Source: Bdellovibrionales bacterium
GTDB lineage: Bacteria; Bdellovibrionota; UBA1018; CAIMNF01
Direction of reading: 5' to 3'
DNA: 58,812 bases
Assembly: GCA_018969905.1 (NCBI GenBank)
Contig: JAGWXK010000002.1
Span: 1 to 58,812, forward strand
The position numbers and the translations under genes are program-made. Position 1 is the first letter of the stretch, and each line of letters starts with the position of its first letter. This document shows, piece by piece, positions 34,690-43,051 of the stretch. The notes beneath the pieces are model-generated. The model saw only the letters and a program-made list of their open reading frames with translations. It made no database searches and was not told the origin of the DNA.

Positions 34690-35271
34690 TCAGTAATCGC
34701 ACTCGTTGCTAGGTGCCCCATTTGAACCACTGTTCCTACGGGTATTCGCCCAGATCTCACCTGTCGCCTGATTGTAGCACCAACCGTTTTCGGCTCCGGT
34801 ATGGGCGACACCGGCGCAGTTCCTTGCACAATGATTGCCAAATGCCGTGCAACCGGAAGTTGCATCACCCACACACGCGGTCACCGTTCTGCTTAAGGCC
34901 TCATTTGCTTGGATGTCGTTAGACCATGGATTCACAGGAATCCCACCCGCCACGAAAACACTGTCAGGCACCGTAACTTGAGAGGGCAAACACCCAGAGG
35001 CTCCGCCATTGATGTCATTTGCGTTGATCGAAGCCGCATCCGGAAAAGAAACGGTTTGCACATTGCAACGAAGCCGCATGAGCCCGTTTTTCTCTGAGAT
35101 CGCACGCCTCAGCACCTGCAGATTCGCCCTGGTGGCTGCATCCCTGGAGTCTTTCCCGTAGTTCACGAATTGTGTGACTCCAATCACTGCGAGGATGGCG
35201 ATCACAAGAATCACCATGAGAAGTTCAATGAGCGTAAATCCCTTTTGATTCGTCTGAGTGAGTCTTTTCAC
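34690..35271 (-). CDS. Type IV pilin-like protein, Cys-rich (8 Cys), probable major subunit; paralog of 42305..42841
   Basis: GTG start at 35271 with GGGAG 7 nt upstream. N-terminus MKRLTQTNQKG-FTLIELLMVILVIAILAVIGVTQF. First gene of the pseudopilin operon. Confidence 0.75.
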   Translation of the reverse strand: MKRLTQTNQKGFTLIELLMVILVIAILAVIGVTQFVNYGKDSRDAATRANLQVLRRAISEKNGLMRLRCNVQTVSFPDAASINANDINGGASGCLPSQVTVPDSVFVAGGIPVNPWSNDIQANEALSRTVTACVGDATSGCTAFGNHCARNCAGVAHTGAENGWCYNQATGEIWANTRRNSGSNGAPSNECDY

Positions 35272-35468
35272 AGTTCATCTCCCGAAATCCCCAGCTGATG
35301 AGGATGTAAAATTCACGTTTGAAACAAGTATAAACCGAGGAAGCAACTATAGTATAGAAAAATACTTTGAACACCTGTTTTTTTGACTCGGCCACAAACT
35401 TGACAAGCTTTTGTCACCTCAGGTTAGGCTGGAGGATTCCACATCAGTGAGGGTACACTGATTCCAAG

Positions 35469-36698
35469 ATGGGAAAGTTCTACTACCGTGCACGAAACCG
35501 GAAAGGGGAATTGGTTGAAGGCTCGGTTCGTGCCGACAATGAGTGGCTTGCACGGAAAGATCTTGCCCGCCAGAACCTGATCCCCCTTGAGATCGGACGG
35601 TTCAACCTGCGCCTGATTTTCAACGATGCAAACGGATCCGTAGAGAGACTGACCCAAAGGGTCTCGCTCGAGGAAAAGATCACACTCCTGGGCCAGATTG
35701 AAATGGGAATTTCCGTGGGCATACCGATCATGCAGATGTTCACCATGCTTCAAGGCGAGGTTCAAAACAAACGCCTAAGGGCGGTTCTGGGGCAAATCAT
35801 CCTGGACATCACCGACGGAGGAACCCTTCACGGTGCATTTGCGAAACATCCGGATGTGTTTGATCCAACCATAATTGGTCTGATCAAAACAGGAGAAGTA
35901 ACTGGAAAGCTCGATGAAACCCTGGGCAGAATCACGCAGCTTCTGGAGCAGGAAGCCGAGAACCGGGCCAAAGTAAAGTCAGCGATGTACTATCCGAAAA
36001 TTGTGGCATTTGCGATGGTGGTTGTCGTTTTGGTGATGGTTTATTTTGTCATTCCGAAGATCAAACAATTCCTGAAAAACTTCAACTCGGATCTACCGCC
36101 GATCACCCAGTTTGTTGTGGGCACTTCGGATTTTTTTATCCACTATTGGTATGCGATTTTTGGAGTTTGCTTCGCCGCCTATCTGGGGTTCAAAAAAGCC
36201 ATACAGACGACACGTGGAAAACTCTGGTTTGACAGTACAATCCTGAAACTTCCGGCAGTGGGCAAGGTCCTCTTGTATTTGGAGCTCAACAACTTTTGTG
36301 TGATCCTTGAGCTTCTTCTTTCAAGCGGCATTCCTTTGCTGGAATCGCTGGAAACTCTAAAAGGTTCGCAAAAAAATCAGCTCTTCAAAAATGCGCTTGG
36401 TGATTTCCAAATGGAAATCTCAAAGGGCGGAAGCCTGGCCAAGGGCATGGACCGGCATCCGGTGTTCCCGCACACTCTCCGGAGCATGATCAATATCGGC
36501 GAGGAAACGGGTCGAATCTCTCCCGTTTTGAAGCGTCTGGGACGGTATTACCATGTTCAGCTCAATTACCTTCTCGGAAATTTGTCAAAGGCTCTCGAAC
36601 CGATTCTGCTCTTCATGGTCTTTATCTGTGTCCTGATTCTTGCTCTCGCTGTTTTCCTTCCAATCTGGAAGATGAACGCCGTGATCAAACCGCGATGA
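35469..36698 (+). CDS. Type II secretion / type IV pilus platform protein (GspF/PilC/MshG family)
   Basis: 409 aa with two T2SSF-type repeats (GLIKTGEVTGKLDETL and MINIGEETGRISPVL) and three membrane spans. Confidence 0.88.
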   Translation: MGKFYYRARNRKGELVEGSVRADNEWLARKDLARQNLIPLEIGRFNLRLIFNDANGSVERLTQRVSLEEKITLLGQIEMGISVGIPIMQMFTMLQGEVQNKRLRAVLGQIILDITDGGTLHGAFAKHPDVFDPTIIGLIKTGEVTGKLDETLGRITQLLEQEAENRAKVKSAMYYPKIVAFAMVVVVLVMVYFVIPKIKQFLKNFNSDLPPITQFVVGTSDFFIHYWYAIFGVCFAAYLGFKKAIQTTRGKLWFDSTILKLPAVGKVLLYLELNNFCVILELLLSSGIPLLESLETLKGSQKNQLFKNALGDFQMEISKGGSLAKGMDRHPVFPHTLRSMINIGEETGRISPVLKRLGRYYHVQLNYLLGNLSKALEPILLFMVFICVLILALAVFLPIWKMNAVIKPR

Positions 36699-36702
36699 TT
36701 CC

Positions 36703-38094
36703 TCATCTTCGCGCAGGAGCGGAGGGAGCCATCTCGGGAATCCGGGAATGGCTTGTGGGTTGACGGTTGGCCGCCTCAAGTTCCGGCTCGTTCTCGCCTC
36801 CAACATATGAATCGGTTTTCGCGTTCTCGGGATTGCCGATCGAAGGAGTAAGGAAGATGACCAATTCGTTGTTCTGATCGATCACTTCCCGGGATCTGAA
36901 CAACAGCCCCAGAAGAGGGATGTCCTGAAGGAACGGCACACCTCCGCTGGTTTTTGCCTTGTTTTGCTTAACCAACCCTGCAATCACCGCCGTCTGTTTG
37001 TCACGAACGATGACAGTGGTATTTGCGGAGTTCTTCAGGATTCCCGGAATACCATCCACCGAACTTCCTACATCCGAGGTGGAATTGTTGATGTCCACAC
37101 TGAGCTTGATTTCGTCATCTCCCACCAGAATCGGCAGGATGTTCAGATTCAGCCCTGCCTGAAGAGAGGTCACCCCACCCGCAACCGCTCCCAGACCACC
37201 GCCTGCTCCCGCTCCGACGGCACCCATTGCTGCTCCGGGAATCTGCCCTCCTCCGAAGCCCGCTACCGGACGGTCAGTGGTGAGGACATTGCTCAAGGTT
37301 TTCACAAAAAATGTGATCCCGCTTTGAATCGTCGCGGTTTTATTGTTCAGTGTCGTGACCTTCGGCCTTGAGATCACCTTGGCGTCGCCATTCGTCTCTG
37401 CGGCATTCAAACGGACCTCAAGGGTTCTCGAATCAATTCCGGTCAAGACGGTCTTGAATTCCGCATTCGGATTATTTGGCCCGGGAGTTGTGGTGCGGTT
37501 TCCAAAACCCGACATTGAAATCCCCAACTGTCGGACAAAATTGTGTGATGTTTCGACAATCAATCCTTCGATCAGGATTTGTTTTGGTGCTACATCGAAC
37601 ATGGCCGCAAGAGATTTGATTTTCTCGAAATTCCCCCGGGAACCCATAAAGATCAGATTGTTCTCCCTTTCATCGACGAGTATTTTTTCATCCCCCCCCA
37701 TCACGGTTTTGATTTTTGCGGAGACATCCGAGGCCGGAACATACCGAAGATGCAAGAGATGGGAATCGCCGATGTTCGTACCAACCGTACGCCTCGTGAT
37801 GATCAATTCTGATCCTGAAATCGTGTACTCAATCTGCTGGTCACGCGCCAGGTAATCCAGTAGCTGGCGTGGCGTGACCCCTGTCTGGGTCAGGGTTACA
37901 TTCACACCGGGATCCTGCGCAAGCACCAGGGACAAACCTGAACGGGCAGCCACCATTTCAAGAACGCCCCGGAGCGGAGTATCCTTCACATTCACGGTCA
38001 TCTCGGCATCCATTTGGGAAAACCCCTGAATCGGGAACAGCAGGAACATCGTCGCTTGCCAAAATATGGCTTTGGATCTTTTCATTATTCTCAT
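36703..38094 (-). CDS. Secretin (PilQ/MshL/GspD family outer-membrane channel)
   Basis: Signal peptide, N-domains, and a secretin core with VIAGLVKQNKAKTSGGVPFLQDIPLLGLLFRS. Last gene of the pilM operon. Confidence 0.88.
   Translation of the reverse strand: MRIMKRSKAIFWQATMFLLFPIQGFSQMDAEMTVNVKDTPLRGVLEMVAARSGLSLVLAQDPGVNVTLTQTGVTPRQLLDYLARDQQIEYTISGSELIITRRTVGTNIGDSHLLHLRYVPASDVSAKIKTVMGGDEKILVDERENNLIFMGSRGNFEKIKSLAAMFDVAPKQILIEGLIVETSHNFVRQLGISMSGFGNRTTTPGPNNPNAEFKTVLTGIDSRTLEVRLNAAETNGDAKVISRPKVTTLNNKTATIQSGITFFVKTLSNVLTTDRPVAGFGGGQIPGAAMGAVGAGAGGGLGAVAGGVTSLQAGLNLNILPILVGDDEIKLSVDINNSTSDVGSSVDGIPGILKNSANTTVIVRDKQTAVIAGLVKQNKAKTSGGVPFLQDIPLLGLLFRSREVIDQNNELVIFLTPSIGNPENAKTDSYVGGENEPELEAANRQPTSHSRIPEMAPSAPARR
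37692..37699 (-). repeat. Homopolymer G8 (C8 on the plus strand) inside the secretin coding sequence
   Basis: The plus strand reads t-cccccccc-a at 37691-37700. The coding strand is ATG GGG GGG GAT (MGGD). Confidence 0.95.
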
Positions 38095-38519
38095 TGTGAT
38101 TGCTCCTCGTCTTCATCCTCATACGGAACACCATCCGGAACATCATCCGTCACAGGAGGCAATGTGAGCTCGACTTCAGAATGCTTTCGCTTCAAAATGA
38201 CGTAATTGGGGCCAATTTTTTTCACCATTCTGCCCCCGATCCTGTCGCCCTCCAGCACCAATTTTCCATTCACGACGGCAGAAGGATTCCTCCTGCTGAA
38301 CATGACACCCCCAAGGGTGAATTTCTCTGCCGTGGAGGGAACCGGCGCAAAGCCTGGGATCCTCAGGAATGGATCTTCACCCCACGGAATTTTTGGCTGT
38401 CCCATGATGAATCCGTAATCAACATCCGAAATGACCTCAAAGTCCTGATCTGTCGCCCTGGCGATGCTGTAAATCTGCAGAACGAGCAAAGTAAGGATTT
38501 GCAGGCAATGGTACCTCAT
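38091..38519 (-). CDS. Small periplasmic pilus/secretion assembly protein (PilP / GspB / MshK-like)
   Basis: The ATG at 38519 forms an ATGA overlap with the pilO-like stop. Signal MRYHCLQILTLLVLQIYSIARA. The C-terminal motif AVVNGKLVLEGDRIGGRMVKKIGPNYVILK resembles the conserved GspB/PilP-type beta segment. Acidic tail. Confidence 0.5.
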   Translation of the reverse strand: MRYHCLQILTLLVLQIYSIARATDQDFEVISDVDYGFIMGQPKIPWGEDPFLRIPGFAPVPSTAEKFTLGGVMFSRRNPSAVVNGKLVLEGDRIGGRMVKKIGPNYVILKRKHSEVELTLPPVTDDVPDGVPYEDEDEEQSQ

Positions 38520-39073
38520 CGCGAAGCCCCCCCGACATAACCATAAAGCCGGATACTGGCTTTGCATTGCTTCAGTTCGTTTTCGATTCTTGCGATGTCT
38601 ATGGACTCGATCTCGGTCAGCAAAGACGAATCCTCCAGATTCTCTAGAAATTTTCCAATTGCAATGAAGCTGGACTCTGCCTCGAGCGAATAAAGAGTCT
38701 GCGTATAGCCCTCGAAGCGATTCGATTGCAGTGCAACGATGCTTTGGATTGAAAACTCACTCTCTTTTGACCCCTTGAAGATTCCCTGGATTACATTGGA
38801 GAAACGGTCGTTTGAGCTCAAATACCGGTCCAACAGCGAGAGAGTGGTTTGATTGTCTGCCACTGCGGGAACACGGTTTTTAAGTCCCTCCAATACCTTT
38901 TGGGTATCCTCCACTTTTTTCCTCGTTTCTGAGATCCTGGCCTTCAGACTCATCAACTCCAACGAGTGGGGCTTTTGCCAGAATCGATCGAAGGCAAACA
39001 TGCTCATGACAGAAAACAGACTGATCAGAAGTGACTCACTCCATTTCAATTTGAATTTTGAAGGAAAGATCAT
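38516..39073 (-). CDS. pilO: PilO-like pilus assembly protein
   Basis: 185 aa with one N-terminal TM (LLISLFSVMSMFAF), a coiled coil and an alpha/beta C-domain. Located between the pilN-like and pilP-like genes. Confidence 0.55.
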   Translation of the reverse strand: MIFPSKFKLKWSESLLISLFSVMSMFAFDRFWQKPHSLELMSLKARISETRKKVEDTQKVLEGLKNRVPAVADNQTTLSLLDRYLSSNDRFSNVIQGIFKGSKESEFSIQSIVALQSNRFEGYTQTLYSLEAESSFIAIGKFLENLEDSSLLTEIESIDIARIENELKQCKASIRLYGYVGGASR

Positions 39074-39672
39074 CCTTTTCCTCCATTTTCCGCCTTCACC
39101 GGGATGGTGAACTCGAATTTGAATTTCGGAGGCTTGATGTCTCTCATTCGCTCCGATGAAATCAGTCTCGCCCCGGCGAAATAGTGCGAATTTTCCAGGA
39201 TCGTCAGGAACTTCACCATGCCCATCTGGCTAGTTGCTTCCCCCTTGACCAGCAATTGTTCCGGATTTTTTGTTCCAGACTTCAACCCTTGGTGGGTAAA
39301 GTTCGTAAGCCAGACTCCGTCCGGAATGAGCATGCTCATTTCCTTGAAGATCTCGGACCAATAGTTTTTCCGGCCGAGCACCCGCTCAATCGCCCTGAAA
39401 CTCTCCGAACTCTGCTGGGCAAGCTTGCCATCATCCGCAAGGCTTTTGACCTTTTTTTCGAGCTCATCCCGGGTTGTCTGAAGTGCGGCGAGTTCTTCTT
39501 GACCGGACTTGGTCTGCAGGGAAATGCGAACAGGACCCAATACCATGTAAAACAAAGCAAAACCCACCAAAGCATATGGAAGAATCTCATGAGGGATTTC
39601 CATCTTCGGTCTAAGGTCTTTTGGAATGAAGTTCACGTGCTTTCGCGTCATCTTCCTACCCGCCCTCCCCAC
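39070..39672 (-). CDS. pilN: PilN-like pilus assembly protein
   Basis: N-terminal VNFIPKDLRP matches the conserved PilN (I/L)NLLP PilM-binding motif, followed by a single TM and a coiled coil. The start is ambiguous (GTG 39672 or ATG 39651). Confidence 0.65.
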   Translation of the reverse strand: MGRAGRKMTRKHVNFIPKDLRPKMEIPHEILPYALVGFALFYMVLGPVRISLQTKSGQEELAALQTTRDELEKKVKSLADDGKLAQQSSESFRAIERVLGRKNYWSEIFKEMSMLIPDGVWLTNFTHQGLKSGTKNPEQLLVKGEATSQMGMVKFLTILENSHYFAGARLISSERMRDIKPPKFKFEFTIPVKAENGGKG

Positions 39673-40297
39673 CCTCAGAACGAATGACCCGCACTATGAT
39701 TCTTCGATTCGCGTCCTCGCGGTCCCCCATCGGCCTTGAATCTCCATACCCTGAAACCTTGAGCTGACTTTTCGGAAAGCCTTCTTCCTCAAAGATGTGT
39801 AGAAGCGAGGCAGCCCTTGCTGCCGAGAGCTCCCAATTGGATGGAAAAACCCTTCGCTGTTTGACGACGGGGGAAGCATCGGTATGCCCCTCAATCTCGA
39901 TCATCGCGCTGGAAAATGCCTCCTTCAATAAAACTGCAACCTTTCGGATTTCCGGTATCGAGCGCTGCTCGAGATTGGCTGTACCGATCCTGAAGAACTG
40001 ATCCGACTTGAATTCAACAGTGAGTTCTTCTTTTCCCGCACCTGAGTCCAACTTCTCCACTCCGGGTACTCCGAGAATCCGTGATTCAACCTCATTCAGA
40101 AACGCGCTCGATTCCACCGGTGCGACACTCTCCACGGGATTCATCGAAACCGGAAGAGGCTCCTCCTTTGGTCTCGATCCCGAAAACAGGGCGAGGGCAA
40201 ATCCGACAAACACGATCGCGCTGCAAGCCACGAGCTTCCTGGAACCAAGGAGGGGTTCACGTACGATAAAGTTGATCCTTGCACTTCTGCCTTTCAT
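39656..40297 (-). CDS. OmpA/MotB-like peptidoglycan-binding protein with an N-terminal TM anchor
   Basis: C-terminal IEIEGHTDASPV...FPSNWELSAARAASLLHIF...VSGYGDSRP is the OmpA_C/MotB motif set. N-terminal MKGRSARINFIVREP is followed by the TM span LVACSAIVFVGFALALF. Confidence 0.8.
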   Translation of the reverse strand: MKGRSARINFIVREPLLGSRKLVACSAIVFVGFALALFSGSRPKEEPLPVSMNPVESVAPVESSAFLNEVESRILGVPGVEKLDSGAGKEELTVEFKSDQFFRIGTANLEQRSIPEIRKVAVLLKEAFSSAMIEIEGHTDASPVVKQRRVFPSNWELSAARAASLLHIFEEEGFPKSQLKVSGYGDSRPMGDREDANRRIIVRVIRSEGGEGG

Positions 40298-41364
40298 GCA
40301 GCCCCCTTGAAACGAACCGTCTGCAGTGCAAGTCCCACGGCTGTTGCCATATGGGGTCCGACCTTCGTGATCTCCTCGTGTTCCGCCTCTTCAAGCCCGG
40401 AGAAAACGTCGATATTCCTGAAAGGATTCACGATGGTCGTCGGAATGCGGAAGAAAATTTGGTGAACCTTGTCTATGCCCTTGATCTGGCTTCCTCCTCC
40501 AACCAGCAAGATCCGGTCGATCCGGCCATGACTTTCGGAACACTCGCGATAAAAGTCGATTGCGTCCTTAATGGTTTTGAAGATCTCGGTGAAAACCTCG
40601 TCCATTGCCCGATTGACCGGGTTTTCCTCGGGAGTCGAGAGGAAATCATAGTTCTTCTTGGCTTGTTCGGCATCAGAATATCGGACTCCGTGGGACTCCA
40701 ACAGTGCCTGATTGATTTTCCCGAAAGAGGTTTCATGGTTCCTGGTATATGCAAGATTTCCATCCGCGATCAATGCGGATGTGACATGCCCTTCGCCGAG
40801 ATCCAGAACCATGACCACTTCCCTTGGATCGAGGTAATGATTGAAATCCAGCATCGTCGCAATGGCCATCATCTCGGTCTCGATTGCGGCTGGCTTCAGG
40901 CCGGCATCTTTCATCCTTTTCATTTGATTCAGAACAAGATCTTTCTTCACGCAATAGGCCCTTACTCCAATCACCTCCGGATTGTTCTCCGGGCCCTTCG
41001 TGACAAGGAAGTCAATGCTGTGGTCATCAGGTGAAATTCCCGACATCTCCGAAACTTCGAGCGGCACCGCTTTTTGCAACTCTTTTTCGCTCATCCGGGG
41101 GAGCTCGAGTCCAAGAGTAGTCACATCCGAATCCCGAACTGCAGCTGCTGCCACCGAGGCCCCCAGCCTCTGCACTTCAATGGCGGCTTTCAGTGCTTCA
41201 TCCCGATTGGAGTGATTCGGAAAACTCTCCGAGGTCAACGAAAGATCCTGAAAAAAATGTCCAGCCAGAACCACCCTTCCCGCCTTGTCCTGCTTGAGTT
41301 TCACTCCCTTAAGAGTGCGTGTACCGAAATCCACTCCAAGAATGTCTTTTTTGAACCAATTCAT
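40294..41364 (-). CDS. pilM: PilM (actin-like ATPase-fold type IV pilus assembly protein)
   Basis: 356 aa with ILGVDFGTRTLKGVKL at the N-terminus, VLDLGEGHVTSALI and ILLVGGGSQIKGI, the typical PilM/FtsA-like ASKHA motifs. Confidence 0.85.
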   Translation of the reverse strand: MNWFKKDILGVDFGTRTLKGVKLKQDKAGRVVLAGHFFQDLSLTSESFPNHSNRDEALKAAIEVQRLGASVAAAAVRDSDVTTLGLELPRMSEKELQKAVPLEVSEMSGISPDDHSIDFLVTKGPENNPEVIGVRAYCVKKDLVLNQMKRMKDAGLKPAAIETEMMAIATMLDFNHYLDPREVVMVLDLGEGHVTSALIADGNLAYTRNHETSFGKINQALLESHGVRYSDAEQAKKNYDFLSTPEENPVNRAMDEVFTEIFKTIKDAIDFYRECSESHGRIDRILLVGGGSQIKGIDKVHQIFFRIPTTIVNPFRNIDVFSGLEEAEHEEITKVGPHMATAVGLALQTVRFKGAA

Positions 41365-42215
41365 GATGCGCCCCCCTGAAAAATGGAAAAGATTGATTTC
41401 GACTTGATCCCAAGCGATTCGCGGACCACTGATGCCTCGACAAGACGGATCCTGCGCATTTCGGAGAACGCAAGGACTCTTTCACAAATCTGATTGATTC
41501 TTCGCGGTGTTCCCGCGCTCAGCTCATGGATCGCCCGAATGGAAGAGGGATCAAACTTGATGAAGCTCCCTTTGACCACCTGCTCAATCCGGCTTTTGAT
41601 GTAACGCTCGGTTTCGTTGCGATCAAGCGCATGGAGCTGCGCATGAGCACCGATTCTTTGTTTCAGCTGCCTGAGGTCCGGGCGATCGAGGATTTCATTC
41701 AACTCCGGCTGTCCAACCAGAATGATCTGCAGAAGCTTTCGCGTGCGGGTCTCAAGATTCGTAAGCAGCCGGATGGTCTCAAGAGCTTCCCGATTCAAGG
41801 CTTGTGCCTCATCGATCACGAGAATCGAAGGCCGGCCCGATTCGAGACTGGCGATGAGAAAACGGTTCAAGTGATCAACGTAAGCTTTTGCGGTGTGAAT
41901 GGACTCATTTGGCGCGGGAATCTCGAACTCCTCGCAGATGGCCTGTAGGAGCTCAAGCTCATTGAACTTAGGGAAGAGAATGAGGGCAGTGTTGGCAACC
42001 GGAGCATGAAGACCAAGGATCATTCGTGCAAGCAAAGTCTTACCGGTACCAACCTCTCCGGTCAGAAGGCTAAATCCCTTTCCATGCTTCAAAGCCAGAT
42101 CCAGTTCGCGAATTGCAAGATTGTGCTGCGCGGATCCAAAGTAAAAATCCGGATCCGGAGTTTCCCCGAATGGATTGATCTCGAGATTGAAAAATTTACT
42201 GTAGTAGGTCTTCAT
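41361..42215 (-). CDS. ExeA/GspA/MshM-like AAA ATPase
   Basis: The ATG at 42215 gives MKTYYSKFFNLEINPFGETPDPDFYF (typical ExeA N-terminus). Walker A is GEVGTGKTLLARM and Walker B is ILVIDEAQ. About 284 aa, with no C-terminal peptidoglycan-binding domain. Confidence 0.8.
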   Translation of the reverse strand: MKTYYSKFFNLEINPFGETPDPDFYFGSAQHNLAIRELDLALKHGKGFSLLTGEVGTGKTLLARMILGLHAPVANTALILFPKFNELELLQAICEEFEIPAPNESIHTAKAYVDHLNRFLIASLESGRPSILVIDEAQALNREALETIRLLTNLETRTRKLLQIILVGQPELNEILDRPDLRQLKQRIGAHAQLHALDRNETERYIKSRIEQVVKGSFIKFDPSSIRAIHELSAGTPRRINQICERVLAFSEMRRIRLVEASVVRESLGIKSKSIFSIFQGGAS

Positions 42216-42304
42216 AGGCCCTTCTCTGACTTCCTTTCGGAAAATCACGCAAAGGCCCTGAATTTATTTTTGATTATCCGTTCATTGACGCTTTGTAGGA
42301 AGCA

Positions 42305-42841
42305 TCAGTAGGTGGTTTCGTTCCCGCTGCCATCACCGTTGTTGGCCTGTGAATTCGCCCAGACGTTTCCGGTGCCAACATCATAACAGTACCCGTTGAA
42401 TGGAGCGCTGCCACACCTGGTACGCAAGCTCGGATCCGAATTCCATGTCCCCGCAGTGATGCTCGATCCGCTCGCACTGACATCGGCAGACCAAGGATTC
42501 GGTGGAATGCCACCGGTAACGAAGAAGTTGTCCGGAGAAGAAACCTGTGAAGAGTTACATGGTGCGCCGGCTCCACTTGTAATGTCATTTGCCGCAAGAC
42601 TTGCCAGAGGCGGGAAGCTTGAGCTGATTACACCGCAGCGCAAACGCATCATACCGTTTTGCGCCGCAATCGCTCTTCTTAAGATCTGTAAATTGGCCTT
42701 GAGTGCGGAGTTCCTAGAATCTTTCGCAAAATCGACAAATTGAGTCACACCGATTGCAGCGAGAATTCCGATGACCAGAATTACCATCAACAATTCAATC
42801 AGGGTAAAACCTTGTTCCTGGATTCGATTATTTTTCACCAC
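42305..42841 (-). CDS. Type IV pilin-like protein (4 Cys), paralog of 34690..35271; first gene of the pilM-secretin operon
   Basis: The ORF track starts at 42907. I prefer the GTG at 42841, preceded by GGAGAG plus a 7-nt spacer, which gives a 10-aa leader (M)VKNNRIQEQG-FTLIELLMVILVIGILAAIGVTQF, the same length as its paralog. Confidence 0.7.
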   Translation of the reverse strand: MVKNNRIQEQGFTLIELLMVILVIGILAAIGVTQFVDFAKDSRNSALKANLQILRRAIAAQNGMMRLRCGVISSSFPPLASLAANDITSGAGAPCNSSQVSSPDNFFVTGGIPPNPWSADVSASGSSITAGTWNSDPSLRTRCGSAPFNGYCYDVGTGNVWANSQANNGDGSGNETTY

Positions 42842-43051
42842 GATTTCACTCTCCAAAAAAGTTACAAAGCAAAAAATCCTATATTTCCAATCATCAAACA
42901 GAATCACGAAAATTACAGCCTTTAAAAGTCCGAAACGGTCAAAAAATGAAAATAATACGCGCCAAAAAGAAAACTTCCGTCAAAAAACAGACGATTATGG
43001 CGCCGAAATCAAGTCATCAAGATTCCTAACTGAAAAGACGATACCTTACAC

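Noticed and set aside
35272-35468. Sigma54 (GG-N10-GC) promoter upstream of the pilin genes, also looked for in 42842-43051
   Set aside because: I scanned both strands by eye. Candidate GG dinucleotides (for example cGGccacaaacttGAca) are not followed by GC at the correct spacing, so no convincing -24/-12 element was found. I make no promoter call here.
40279-41034. 251-aa plus-strand ORF, and similar antisense ORFs at 2979..3773, 20339..20872, 37343..37855, 39184..39687 and 58027..58569
   Set aside because: All lie opposite strongly supported genes (pilM, the liv binding protein, ppx, the secretin, pilN, tatD). They lack RBS, signal or motif evidence and are treated as shadow ORFs.
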